Assembly: GCF_046105845.1 (NCBI RefSeq)
Contig: NZ_CP151004.1
DNA length: 64,000 nucleotides
Reading direction: 5' to 3' (one strand)
From: Escherichia coli
GTDB taxonomy: Bacteria; Pseudomonadota; Gammaproteobacteria; Enterobacterales; Enterobacteriaceae
Shown: piece by piece, positions 1 through 9,100 of the stretch
How the letters are laid out: every line of letters starts with the position of its first letter
Position numbering within the stretch: the first letter of the stretch is position 1
The notes under the pieces: model-generated
Database searches by the model: none
Seen by the model: only the letters and a program-made list of their open reading frames with translations
What the model was told of the DNA's origin: nothing
Position numbers and translations under genes: made by a program

Positions 1-1
1 G

Positions 2-952
2 GCAAAACGCGGGATCCCGGTATTTAACGCACCGTTCTCAAATACGCGCTCTGTTGCGGAGCTGGTGATTGGCGAACTGCTGCTGCTATTGCGCGGCGTG
101 CCGGAAGCCAATGCTAAAGCGCACCGTGGCGTGTGGAACAAACTGGCGGCGGGTTCTTTTGAAGCGCGCGGCAAAAAGCTGGGTATCATCGGCTACGGTC
201 ATATTGGTACGCAATTGGGCATTCTGGCTGAATCGCTGGGAATGTATGTTTACTTTTATGATATTGAAAACAAACTGCCGCTGGGCAACGCCACTCAGGT
301 ACAGCATCTTTCTGACCTGCTGAATATGAGCGATGTGGTGAGTCTGCATGTACCAGAGAATCCGTCCACCAAAAATATGATGGGTGCGAAAGAGATTTCA
401 CTAATGAAGCCCGGCTCGCTGCTGATTAATGCTTCGCGCGGTACTGTGGTGGATATTCCGGCGCTGTGTGACGCGCTGGCGAGCAAACATCTGGCGGGGG
501 CGGCAATCGACGTATTCCCGACGGAACCGGCAACCAATAGCGATCCATTTACCTCTCCGCTGTGTGAATTCGACAACGTCCTTCTGACGCCACACATTGG
601 CGGTTCGACTCAGGAAGCGCAGGAGAATATCGGCCTGGAAGTTGCGGGTAAATTGATCAAGTATTCTGACAATGGCTCAACGCTCTCTGCGGTGAACTTC
701 CCGGAAGTCTCGCTGCCACTGCACGGTGGGCGTCGTCTGATGCACATCCACGAAAACCGTCCGGGCGTGCTAACTGCGCTGAACAAAATCTTCGCCGAGC
801 AGGGCGTCAACATCGCCGCGCAATATCTGCAAACTTCCGCCCAGATGGGTTATGTGGTTATTGATATTGAAGCCGACGAAGACGTTGCCGAAAAAGCGCT
901 GCAGGCAATGAAAGCTATTCCGGGTACCATTCGCGCCCGCCTGCTGTACTAA
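2..952 (+). CDS. serA: D-3-phosphoglycerate dehydrogenase, C-terminal part (5' end lies outside window)
   Basis: Frame is open from window position 2; translation AKRGIPVFNAPFSNTRSVAELVIGELLLL...IRARLLY matches SerA as I recall it; stop at 950-952. Confidence 0.93.
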   Translation, partial: AKRGIPVFNAPFSNTRSVAELVIGELLLLLRGVPEANAKAHRGVWNKLAAGSFEARGKKLGIIGYGHIGTQLGILAESLGMYVYFYDIENKLPLGNATQVQHLSDLLNMSDVVSLHVPENPSTKNMMGAKEISLMKPGSLLINASRGTVVDIPALCDALASKHLAGAAIDVFPTEPATNSDPFTSPLCEFDNVLLTPHIGGSTQEAQENIGLEVAGKLIKYSDNGSTLSAVNFPEVSLPLHGGRRLMHIHENRPGVLTALNKIFAEQGVNIAAQYLQTSAQMGYVVIDIEADEDVAEKALQAMKAIPGTIRARLLY

Positions 953-971
953 TTCCCCTTCTCTGAAAATC

Positions 972-1003
972 AACGGGCAGGTCACTGACTTGCCCGTTTT
1001 TTT
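972..1003 (+). terminator. Rho-independent terminator of serA
   Basis: Hairpin acgggca(g)gtcactgac ttgcccgt followed by a T7 run immediately after the serA stop. Confidence 0.7.
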
Positions 1004-1124
1004 ATCGCTTCTCCCGCGCATGTCGCTGCCATTTGTAGTGCGCTGCAATTGCCTTTGCGAGTCTGCTCGAAGAAATAAATCAAAGTCAGATCAATGCGTT
1101 GTGTTTATTTAATGGGGATTTACG

Positions 1125-1270
1125 ATGGCAGGGCAGCATGGGGCTGTAACGGTAAAGCCCTCACCGAAGCGAGGGCTTGAAGGAGAAGGGTTATGATGCG
1201 ACTTGTCATCATACTGATTGTACTGTTACTCATAAGTTTCCCAGCTTATTAACAGTCAGTCTCAGGGGAG
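1125..1270 (-). ncRNA. sibC: SibC antisense sRNA (antitoxin of ibsC); ends approximate
   Basis: Inferred from known gene organisation: Sib sRNAs are about 140 nt and fully antisense to the ibs ORF. The ends were not determined from the sequence. Confidence 0.4.
1193..1252 (+). CDS. ibsC: Ibs-family type I toxin, 19-aa hydrophobic peptide (MMRLVIILIVLLLISFPAY)
   Basis: Short ORF missed by the 60-aa ORF track; SD aaggag 6-8 nt upstream; sits in the serA-ygfA intergenic region where ibsC/sibC is known to lie; peptide matches the Ibs family pattern. Confidence 0.6.
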   Translation: MMRLVIILIVLLLISFPAY

Positions 1271-1352
1271 GAGTCATCCTCCCTTACCCTTACTCACTAA
1301 ATTAGGTTAAAGAATCAACGATGTCAATCAGGGCGATGCAGGTGTGTCGCCC

Positions 1353-1901
1353 TCACCACTCCCAGACTTTCGACGGTGTAACCACCGCAGGAAGTGGGAT
1401 ATCCCACTCTTCAACGGGGAGTTTTTCCACCAACTGACAATCATGCGCATAACCCACCGGTTGCATTTTATAGTGCTGCCAGTTTTGTAAGGTTCGATCA
1501 TAAAAACCACCGCCCATTCCCAGGCGCTGACCGTACTCATCAAAGGCGACCAGCGGTGTGATCAACACGTCTAATCGGGAAAGGGGTAGCACGTCACGCA
1601 CATCCAGTTTTGGCTCATGGATCTTCAACCTGTTCATCACCAGTTCGCTTTGCGGATGGTAATTCAGGAACAGCAAATTACCGGCACTAAAGGGATGCAA
1701 AACTGGAAGATATACGCGCTTACCGGCGCGCCAGAGTTGTTCTATGAGTGGCTGGGTGTCGAGTTCGCCATCAAAAGAGAGGAATACAGCGACCGTATGC
1801 GCCATCACCACTGGGGGATAAGTCATCATCCGGGTAGCAGCTTGTTGACCCATTTCCTGCTGTTGTTCCGGCGTTAACGCACGACGACGTTGCCGAATCA
1901 T
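1353..1901 (-). CDS. ygfA: 5-formyltetrahydrofolate cyclo-ligase family protein
   Basis: ORF translation ...MIRQRRRALTPEQQQEMGQQAATRMM... matches YgfA; start chosen at MIRQ to give 182 aa; an upstream in-frame ATG at 1955 is an alternative. Confidence 0.85.
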   Translation of the reverse strand: MIRQRRRALTPEQQQEMGQQAATRMMTYPPVVMAHTVAVFLSFDGELDTQPLIEQLWRAGKRVYLPVLHPFSAGNLLFLNYHPQSELVMNRLKIHEPKLDVRDVLPLSRLDVLITPLVAFDEYGQRLGMGGGFYDRTLQNWQHYKMQPVGYAHDCQLVEKLPVEEWDIPLPAVVTPSKVWEW

Positions 1902-1973
1902 TTTGCGGATTTCTTGTCGGGATAATGTCAGTGGGAGTTCTGGTAGTTGCGTCATGGCTGGTGCCAGATAAGA

Positions 1974-2159
1974 AGGGAATCTCCGAGATGCCGCCGCAGG
2001 CTGTAACCCTTGAACCCTTGGTTCAAGGTGAATGTGTCGTCGCAGTTTTAAGGCTTCTCGGACGGACCGAGCATGCTCACCAACCGCGGAGCGCCACATT
2101 CTTGTGGTATGAAATATCGGCTCAGGGGACTGGCCCGCTTGCGAACATCTCAGAGAAAT
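1974..2159 (-). ncRNA. ssrS: 6S RNA (RNA polymerase sigma-70 holoenzyme regulator)
   Basis: Reverse complement reads ATTTCTCTGAGATGTTCGCAAGCGGGCCAGTCCCCTGAGCCGATATTTCATACCACAAGAATGTGGCGCTCCGCGGTTGGTGAGCATGCTCGGTCCGTCCGAGAAGCCTTAAAACTGCG...GGCGGCATCTCGGAGATTCCCT, which is the 6S RNA sequence; lies directly upstream of ygfA on the same strand. Exact mature ends are within a few nt. Confidence 0.92.
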
Positions 2160-2200
2160 TTTGTCTTCACGGTTACTCTACCACAGTAAACCGAAAAGTG

Positions 2201-2596
<396 letters not shown>

Positions 2597-2697
2597 CTAT
2601 AGCTACCCTGATGAGAAGAGACAAGCCCTTTTCTGGTCCACCAGGGCCCAAAGTGGTAGCATATCATGAATATTCCTCCCTTTGACGACGAATGCTT

Positions 2698-3276
2698 ATG
2701 TCTATACAGAACGAAATGCCTGGTTACAACGAAATGAACCAGTATCTGAACCAACAAGGGACGGGTCTGACCCCAGCTGAGATGCATGGTTTAATCAGCG
2801 GGATGATATGTGGCGGTAACGATGACAGCTCATGGCTGCCGCTACTTCACGACCTGACGAACGAAGGCATGGCTTTCGGTCATGAGCTGGCACAGGCACT
2901 GCGTAAAATGCACTCTGCCACCAGCGATGCCCTCCAGGATGACGGCTTCCTTTTTCAGCTTTATCTGCCTGATGGCGATGATGTCAGCGTTTTCGATCGG
3001 GCTGATGCGCTGGCAGGTTGGGTCAATCACTTCCTGCTTGGTCTTGGCGTTACGCAACCGAAGCTGGACAAAGTGACCGGCGAAACCGGTGAAGCCATCG
3101 ACGATCTGCGTAACATCGCGCAGTTGGGCTACGACGAAGACGAAGATCAGGAAGAGCTTGAAATGTCGCTTGAAGAGATCATCGAATACGTTCGTGTTGC
3201 CGCGCTGTTATGCCACGACACCTTTACTCATCCGCAACCGACCGCGCCAGAAGTACAAAAACCGACTCTACACTAA
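2698..3276 (+). CDS. ygfB: UPF0149 family protein YgfB
   Basis: [35 protein letters not shown]...; start set at the second Met to give 192 aa. Confidence 0.85.
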
Positions 3277-3301
3277 AAACAAAAAACGTAAGGAGAGTGT
3301 T

Positions 3302-4627
3302 ATGAGTGAGATATCCCGGCAAGAGTTTCAGCGTCGCCGTCAGGCCCTGGTGGAGCAAATGCAACCCGGCAGCGCCGCGCTGATTTTTGCTGCACCAGAA
3401 GTAACACGTAGCGCCGACAGCGAATACCCCTATCGTCAGAACAGTGACTTCTGGTACTTCACCGGCTTTAACGAACCGGAAGCGGTGCTGGTGCTGATTA
3501 AAAGCGATGACACTCATAACCACAGCGTTTTGTTTAACCGCGTTCGCGACCTGACGGCAGAGATCTGGTTTGGTCGTCGCTTAGGCCAGGATGCCGCGCC
3601 AGAGAAACTGGGCGTTGACCGCGCACTGGCATTCAGCGAAATCAATCAGCAACTTTATCAACTGCTTAATGGTCTGGATGTGGTTTATCACGCTCAGGGC
3701 GAATATACCTATGCTGATGAAATCGTGAACAGCGCGCTGGAAAAGCTGCGTAAAGGCTCGCGACAGAATCTCACTGCCCCGGCTACGATGATCGACTGGC
3801 GTCCCATTGTTCATGAAATGCGCCTGTTCAAATCGCCGGAAGAGATTGCCGTACTTCGCCGCGCGGGAGAAATCACCGCCCTGGCGCATACCCGGGCGAT
3901 GGAAAAATGCCGTCCGGGAATGTTCGAGTACCATCTGGAAGGCGAAATTCACCACGAATTTAACCGCCACGGTGCGCGTTATCCGTCCTACAACACCATC
4001 GTCGGCAGCGGTGAAAACGGCTGCATTCTGCATTACACCGAAAACGAGTGTGAACTGCGTGACGGTGACCTGGTGTTGATTGATGCGGGTTGCGAATACA
4101 AAGGTTACGCTGGCGATATTACCCGCACCTTCCCGGTCAACGGCAAATTCACTCAGGCCCAGCGTGAAATCTACGACATTGTGCTGGAGTCTCTTGAAAC
4201 CAGCCTGCGCCTGTATCGTCCGGGAACTTCCATGCAGGAAGTCACTGGTGAAGTGGTGCGCATCATGGTTAGCGGCCTGGTAAAACTCGGCATCCTGAAA
4301 GGTGATGTTGATGAACTGATCGCTCAGAACGCCCATCGTCCTTTCTTTATGCATGGCCTTAGCCACTGGTTAGGACTGGATGTCCATGACGTTGGCGTTT
4401 ATGGTCAGGATCGCTCGCGCATTCTGGAACCTGGCATGGTACTGACCGTAGAGCCAGGTCTGTATATCGCGCCGGATGCAGATGTGCCAGAACAATATCG
4501 CGGTATCGGCATTCGTATTGAAGACGACATTGTGATTACCGAAACCGGCAACGAAAACCTCACCGCCAGCGTGGTGAAAAAGCCGGAAGAAATCGAAGCG
4601 TTGATGGCAGCTGCGAGAAAGCAATGA
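3302..4627 (+). CDS. pepP: Xaa-Pro aminopeptidase (aminopeptidase P II)
   Basis: Internal ATG at 3302 gives MSEISRQEFQRRRQALVEQMQPGS..., 441 aa; the ORF-track start at 3089 is an upstream extension; stop overlaps the ubiH start (ATGA). Confidence 0.93.
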   Translation: MSEISRQEFQRRRQALVEQMQPGSAALIFAAPEVTRSADSEYPYRQNSDFWYFTGFNEPEAVLVLIKSDDTHNHSVLFNRVRDLTAEIWFGRRLGQDAAPEKLGVDRALAFSEINQQLYQLLNGLDVVYHAQGEYTYADEIVNSALEKLRKGSRQNLTAPATMIDWRPIVHEMRLFKSPEEIAVLRRAGEITALAHTRAMEKCRPGMFEYHLEGEIHHEFNRHGARYPSYNTIVGSGENGCILHYTENECELRDGDLVLIDAGCEYKGYAGDITRTFPVNGKFTQAQREIYDIVLESLETSLRLYRPGTSMQEVTGEVVRIMVSGLVKLGILKGDVDELIAQNAHRPFFMHGLSHWLGLDVHDVGVYGQDRSRILEPGMVLTVEPGLYIAPDADVPEQYRGIGIRIEDDIVITETGNENLTASVVKKPEEIEALMAAARKQ

Positions 4628-5802
4628 GCGTAATCATCGTCGGTGGCGGCATGGCGGGCGCGACGCTGGCGCTGGCTATTTCCCGGTTAAGTCACGGGGC
4701 GCTGCCGGTACATTTGATTGAAGCGACAGCGCCAGAGTCACATGCTCATCCGGGCTTTGATGGACGAGCTATTGCGCTGGCGGCGGGCACTTGTCAGCAA
4801 CTGGCGCGCATCGGCGTCTGGCAATCTTTGGCTGATTGCGCAACCGCCATCACCAGCGTGCATGTCAGCGATCGTGGTCATGCCGGATTCGTCACTCTCA
4901 CCGCAGAAGATTACCAACTGGCGGCGCTGGGGCAGGTTGTCGAATTGCATAATGTCGGGCAACGGCTGTTTGCATTGCTGCGCAAAGCACCTGGCGTAAC
5001 GCTGCATTGCCCTGATCGCGTGGCTAACGTTGCCCGTACTCAGAGTCACGTTGAAGTGACGCTGGAGAGTGGCGAGACGCTGACGGGCTGCGTGCTGGTA
5101 GCCGCTGATGGCACCCATTCAGCGTTAGCCACTGTGTGCGGCGTTGACTGGCAGCAGGAGCCTTACGAACAACTGGCAGTGATTGCCAACGTTGCGACTT
5201 CCGTTGCGCATGAAGGGCGCGCTTTTGAACGCTTTACGCAACATGGCCCGCTGGCGATGTTGCCGATGTCTGACGGACGCTGTTCGCTGGTCTGGTGTCA
5301 TCCACTGGAACGGCGCGAAGAGGTGCTGTCGTGGAGCGACGAGAAGTTTTGCCGTGAACTCCAGTCGGCCTTTGGTTGGCGACTTGGGAAAATTACCCAC
5401 GCTGGTAAACGCAGTGCTTACCCGCTGGCGTTAACCCGCGCCGCCAGACCTGTTACCCATCGTACCGTGCTGGTGGGCAATGCGGCGCAAACTCTGCACC
5501 CGATTGCCGGGCAAGGATTTAATCTCGGTATGCGGGATGTCATGAGCCTTGCGGAAACCCTGACTCAGGCGCAGGAGCGCGGAGAAGACATAGGTGATTA
5601 CGGCGTATTGTGCCGTTATCAGCAGCGTCGACAGAGCGATCGCGAAGCAACCATCGGTGTCACGGACAGCCTTGTACATCTTTTTGCCAACCATTGGACG
5701 CCGCTGGTTGTCGGGCGCAACATCGGGCTGATGACGATGGAATTATTTACCCCGGCACGCGATGTGCTGGCGCAGCGCACCCTCGGTTGGGTGGCGCGTT
5801 GA
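4624..5802 (+). CDS. ubiH: 2-octaprenyl-6-methoxyphenol hydroxylase (FAD monooxygenase)
   Basis: 392-aa ORF MSVIIVGGGMAGATLALAIS... with N-terminal GxGxxG FAD-binding motif; matches UbiH. Confidence 0.93.
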   Translation: MSVIIVGGGMAGATLALAISRLSHGALPVHLIEATAPESHAHPGFDGRAIALAAGTCQQLARIGVWQSLADCATAITSVHVSDRGHAGFVTLTAEDYQLAALGQVVELHNVGQRLFALLRKAPGVTLHCPDRVANVARTQSHVEVTLESGETLTGCVLVAADGTHSALATVCGVDWQQEPYEQLAVIANVATSVAHEGRAFERFTQHGPLAMLPMSDGRCSLVWCHPLERREEVLSWSDEKFCRELQSAFGWRLGKITHAGKRSAYPLALTRAARPVTHRTVLVGNAAQTLHPIAGQGFNLGMRDVMSLAETLTQAQERGEDIGDYGVLCRYQQRRQSDREATIGVTDSLVHLFANHWTPLVVGRNIGLMTMELFTPARDVLAQRTLGWVAR

Positions 5803-5824
5803 AGGCGGTTTTAAGGAATAAACA

Positions 5825-7027
5825 ATGCAAAGTGTTGATGTAGCCATTGTTGGCGGCGGCATGGTGGGGCTGGCGGTTGCCTGTGGCTTACAGGGGAGCG
5901 GCTTACGCGTTGCCGTACTGGAGCAGCGCGTACCGGAACCTCTGGCGGCGAATGCACCACCACAACTGCGCGTTTCGGCTATCAATGCCGCCAGCGAAAA
6001 ATTACTCACCCGTCTTGGCGTCTGGCAGGACATTCTCTCTCGTAGGGCCAGCTGTTATCACGGTATGGAAGTGTGGGACAAAGACAGCTTTGGTCACATT
6101 TCGTTTGACGATCAAAGCATGGGCTATAGCCATCTTGGGCATATCGTTGAAAATTCAGTGATTCACTACGCGCTGTGGAACAAAGCGCATCAGTCGTCAG
6201 ATATCACTCTGTTAGCCCCCGCAGAATTACAGCAGGTCGCCTGGGGAGAAAATGAAACCTTCCTGACGCTGAAAGACGGCAGTATGTTAACGGCGCGTCT
6301 GGTGATTGGCGCGGACGGCGCTAATTCCTGGTTGCGCAACAAAGCCGATATTCCGCTGACCTTCTGGGATTATCAGCATCACGCGCTGGTAGCGACCATT
6401 CGCACTGAAGAACCGCATGATGCGGTGGCGCGGCAGGTTTTCCATGGCGAAGGCATTCTGGCCTTTTTACCGCTTAGCGATCCGCATCTTTGCTCGATTG
6501 TCTGGTCACTGTCGCCAGAGGAAGCGCAGCGGATGCAGCAGGCAGGTGAAGACGAATTTAATCGCGCGTTAAATATCGCTTTTGATAATCGCCTGGGCTT
6601 ATGCAAGGTTGAGAGCGAGCGTCAGGTGTTCCCGCTGACGGGGCGTTATGCCCGCCAGTTTGCCGCACACCGTCTGGCGTTGGTGGGCGACGCCGCGCAT
6701 ACTATTCACCCGCTCGCGGGGCAGGGCGTTAATCTCGGCTTTATGGATGCCGCAGAGCTGATTGCCGAACTGAAACGGTTGCATCGTCAGGGTAAAGACA
6801 TCGGGCAGTACATTTACCTGCGTCGCTATGAGCGTAGCCGTAAGCACAGTGCGGCGCTGATGCTGGCTGGTATGCAGGGATTTCGCGATCTGTTTTCCGG
6901 TACCAATCCGGCGAAAAAACTGCTGCGTGATATTGGTCTGAAACTGGCCGACACGCTTCCTGGCGTTAAACCACAACTTATCCGCCAGGCAATGGGATTA
7001 AACGATTTGCCTGAATGGCTGCGTTAA
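5825..7027 (+). CDS. ubiI: 2-octaprenylphenol hydroxylase (FAD monooxygenase)
   Basis: 400-aa ORF MQSVDVAIVGGGMVGLAVACGLQ...; UbiI/VisC, paralogue of UbiH. Confidence 0.92.
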   Translation: MQSVDVAIVGGGMVGLAVACGLQGSGLRVAVLEQRVPEPLAANAPPQLRVSAINAASEKLLTRLGVWQDILSRRASCYHGMEVWDKDSFGHISFDDQSMGYSHLGHIVENSVIHYALWNKAHQSSDITLLAPAELQQVAWGENETFLTLKDGSMLTARLVIGADGANSWLRNKADIPLTFWDYQHHALVATIRTEEPHDAVARQVFHGEGILAFLPLSDPHLCSIVWSLSPEEAQRMQQAGEDEFNRALNIAFDNRLGLCKVESERQVFPLTGRYARQFAAHRLALVGDAAHTIHPLAGQGVNLGFMDAAELIAELKRLHRQGKDIGQYIYLRRYERSRKHSAALMLAGMQGFRDLFSGTNPAKKLLRDIGLKLADTLPGVKPQLIRQAMGLNDLPEWLR

Positions 7028-7070
7028 AAATTTCTCATCTGTTGTTTATTTGATACCCATCACACTTTCA

Positions 7071-7100
7071 TCTCCCGGTTTTTTCGCCGGGAGATTTTCC
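7071..7100 (+). terminator. Rho-independent terminator after ubiI
   Basis: Hairpin tctcccgg ... ccgggaga with flanking T-rich tract about 45 nt after the ubiI stop. Confidence 0.55.
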
Positions 7101-7474
7101 TCATTTGAAATAAACTAATTTCACCTCCGTTTTCGCATTATATTTTCTAATGTCATGATTTTTTGATTTAGTGTTTTTTGACAATTTTTTAGTTCTTAAT
7201 ATTGCATTAATCAAATTAACTTTCTCATCTGTTTATCTTTATATAGAGATTTGTTCATTTTTTGGTTTTTTATTCTGTTGTGATTTTGGCGTTTTTTAAC
7301 CATAAGCTAATGTGATGATCAATTTTACCTTATGGTTAACAGTCTGTTTCGGTGGTAAGTTCAGGCAAAAGAGAACGATTGCGTTGGGGACCGGGAGTGG
7401 CTCCGATGCTGGGTTTCGTGGTGATAATTTCGCCATGGAAAAGTTGTCAGCCCCGCTTATTCAATGAGGACAAG

Positions 7475-8569
7475 ATGGCACAACAGACTCCTTTGTACGA
7501 ACAACATACGCTTTGCGGCGCTCGCATGGTGGATTTCCACGGCTGGATGATGCCGCTGCATTACGGTTCGCAAATCGACGAACATCATGCGGTACGTACC
7601 GATGCCGGAATGTTTGATGTGTCACATATGACCATCGTCGATCTTCGCGGCAGCCGCACTCGGGAGTTTCTGCGTTATCTGCTGGCGAACGATGTGGCGA
7701 AACTCACCAAAAGCGGCAAAGCCCTTTACTCGGGGATGTTGAATGCCTCTGGCGGTGTGATAGATGACCTCATCGTCTACTACTTTACTGAAGATTTCTT
7801 CCGCCTCGTTGTTAACTCCGCCACCCGCGAAAAAGACCTCTCCTGGATTACCCAACACGCTGAACCTTTCGGCATCGAAATTACCGTTCGTGATGACCTT
7901 TCCATGATCGCCGTACAAGGGCCGAATGCGCAGGCAAAAGCTGCCACACTGTTTAATGACGCCCAGCGTCAGGCGGTGGAAGGGATGAAACCGTTCTTTG
8001 GCGTGCAGGCGGGCGATCTGTTTATTGCCACCACTGGTTATACCGGTGAAGCGGGCTATGAAATTGCGCTGCCCAATGAAAAAGCGGCCGATTTCTGGCG
8101 TGCGCTGGTGGAAGCGGGCGTTAAGCCATGCGGCCTGGGCGCGCGTGACACGCTGCGTCTGGAAGCGGGTATGAATCTTTATAGTCAGGAGATGGACGAA
8201 ACCATCTCTCCTTTAGCCGCCAATATGGGCTGGACTATCGCCTGGGAACCGGCAGATCGTGACTTCATCGGTCGTGAAGCCCTGGAAGTGCAGCGTGAGC
8301 ATGGCACAGAAAAACTGGTTGGTCTGGTGATGACCGAAAAAGGCGTGCTGCGTAATGAACTGCCGGTACGTTTTACCGATGCGCAGGGCAACCAGCATGA
8401 AGGCATTATCACCAGCGGGACTTTCTCCCCGACGCTGGGTTACAGCATTGCGCTGGCGCGCGTGCCGGAAGGTATTGGTGAAACAGCGATTGTGCAAATT
8501 CGCAACCGTGAAATGCCGGTTAAAGTGACGAAACCTGTTTTTGTGCGTAACGGTAAAGCCGTCGCGTGA
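7475..8569 (+). CDS. gcvT: Glycine cleavage system T protein (aminomethyltransferase)
   Basis: Internal ATG at 7475 gives [41 protein letters not shown]..., 364 aa; the track ORF at 7352 is 5'-extended. Confidence 0.94.
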
Positions 8570-8592
8570 TTTACTTTTTTGGAGATTGATTG

Positions 8593-8982
8593 ATGAGCAA
8601 CGTACCAGCAGAACTCAAATACAGCAAAGAACACGAATGGCTGCGTAAAGAAGCCGACGGCACTTACACCGTTGGTATCACCGAACATGCCCAGGAGCTG
8701 TTAGGCGATATGGTGTTTGTTGACCTGCCGGAAGTGGGCGCAACGGTTAGCGCGGGCGATGACTGCGCGGTTGCCGAATCAGTAAAAGCGGCGTCAGACA
8801 TTTATGCGCCAGTAAGCGGTGAAATCGTGGCGGTAAACGACGCACTGAGCGATTCCCCGGAACTGGTGAACAGCGAACCGTATGCAGGCGGCTGGATCTT
8901 TAAAATCAAAGCCAGCGATGAAAGCGAACTGGAATCACTGCTGGATGCGACCGCATACGAAGCATTGTTAGAAGACGAGTAA
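8593..8982 (+). CDS. gcvH: Glycine cleavage system H protein (lipoyl carrier)
   Basis: [49 protein letters not shown]..., 129 aa. Confidence 0.94.
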
Positions 8983-8992
8983 CGGCTTTATT

Positions 8993-9064
8993 CCTCTTCT
9001 GCGGGAGAGGATCAGGGTGAGGAACTTTTACGCCTCACCCTCACTCTCTTCGCAAGGAGAGAGG
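8993..9064. repeat. Imperfect palindromic intergenic element (arms cctcttctgcgggagaggatcagggtgagg / cctcaccctcactctcttcgcaaggagagagg)
   Basis: Seen directly: two inverted arms sharing gggagagg and agggtgagg cores, between gcvH and the true gcvP start; shares motifs with the element at 12054-12155. Confidence 0.6.
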
Positions 9065-9100
9065 TTCACAATTCACTGCACGTTTCAGGAACCATCGCTC

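Noticed and set aside
3089-3301. N-terminal extensions in the ORF track (pepP 3089, gcvT 7352, gcvP 9017, uacT to 26789, guaD to 32381, xanQ to 33733, xdhA to 57541)
   Set aside because: The extensions run through upstream genes, terminators or palindromic repeats and lack SD sequences; internal starts reproduce the known protein lengths.
3581-4366. 261-aa minus-strand ORF inside pepP
   Set aside because: Shadow ORF opposite pepP; the sense-strand gene is a full-length match.
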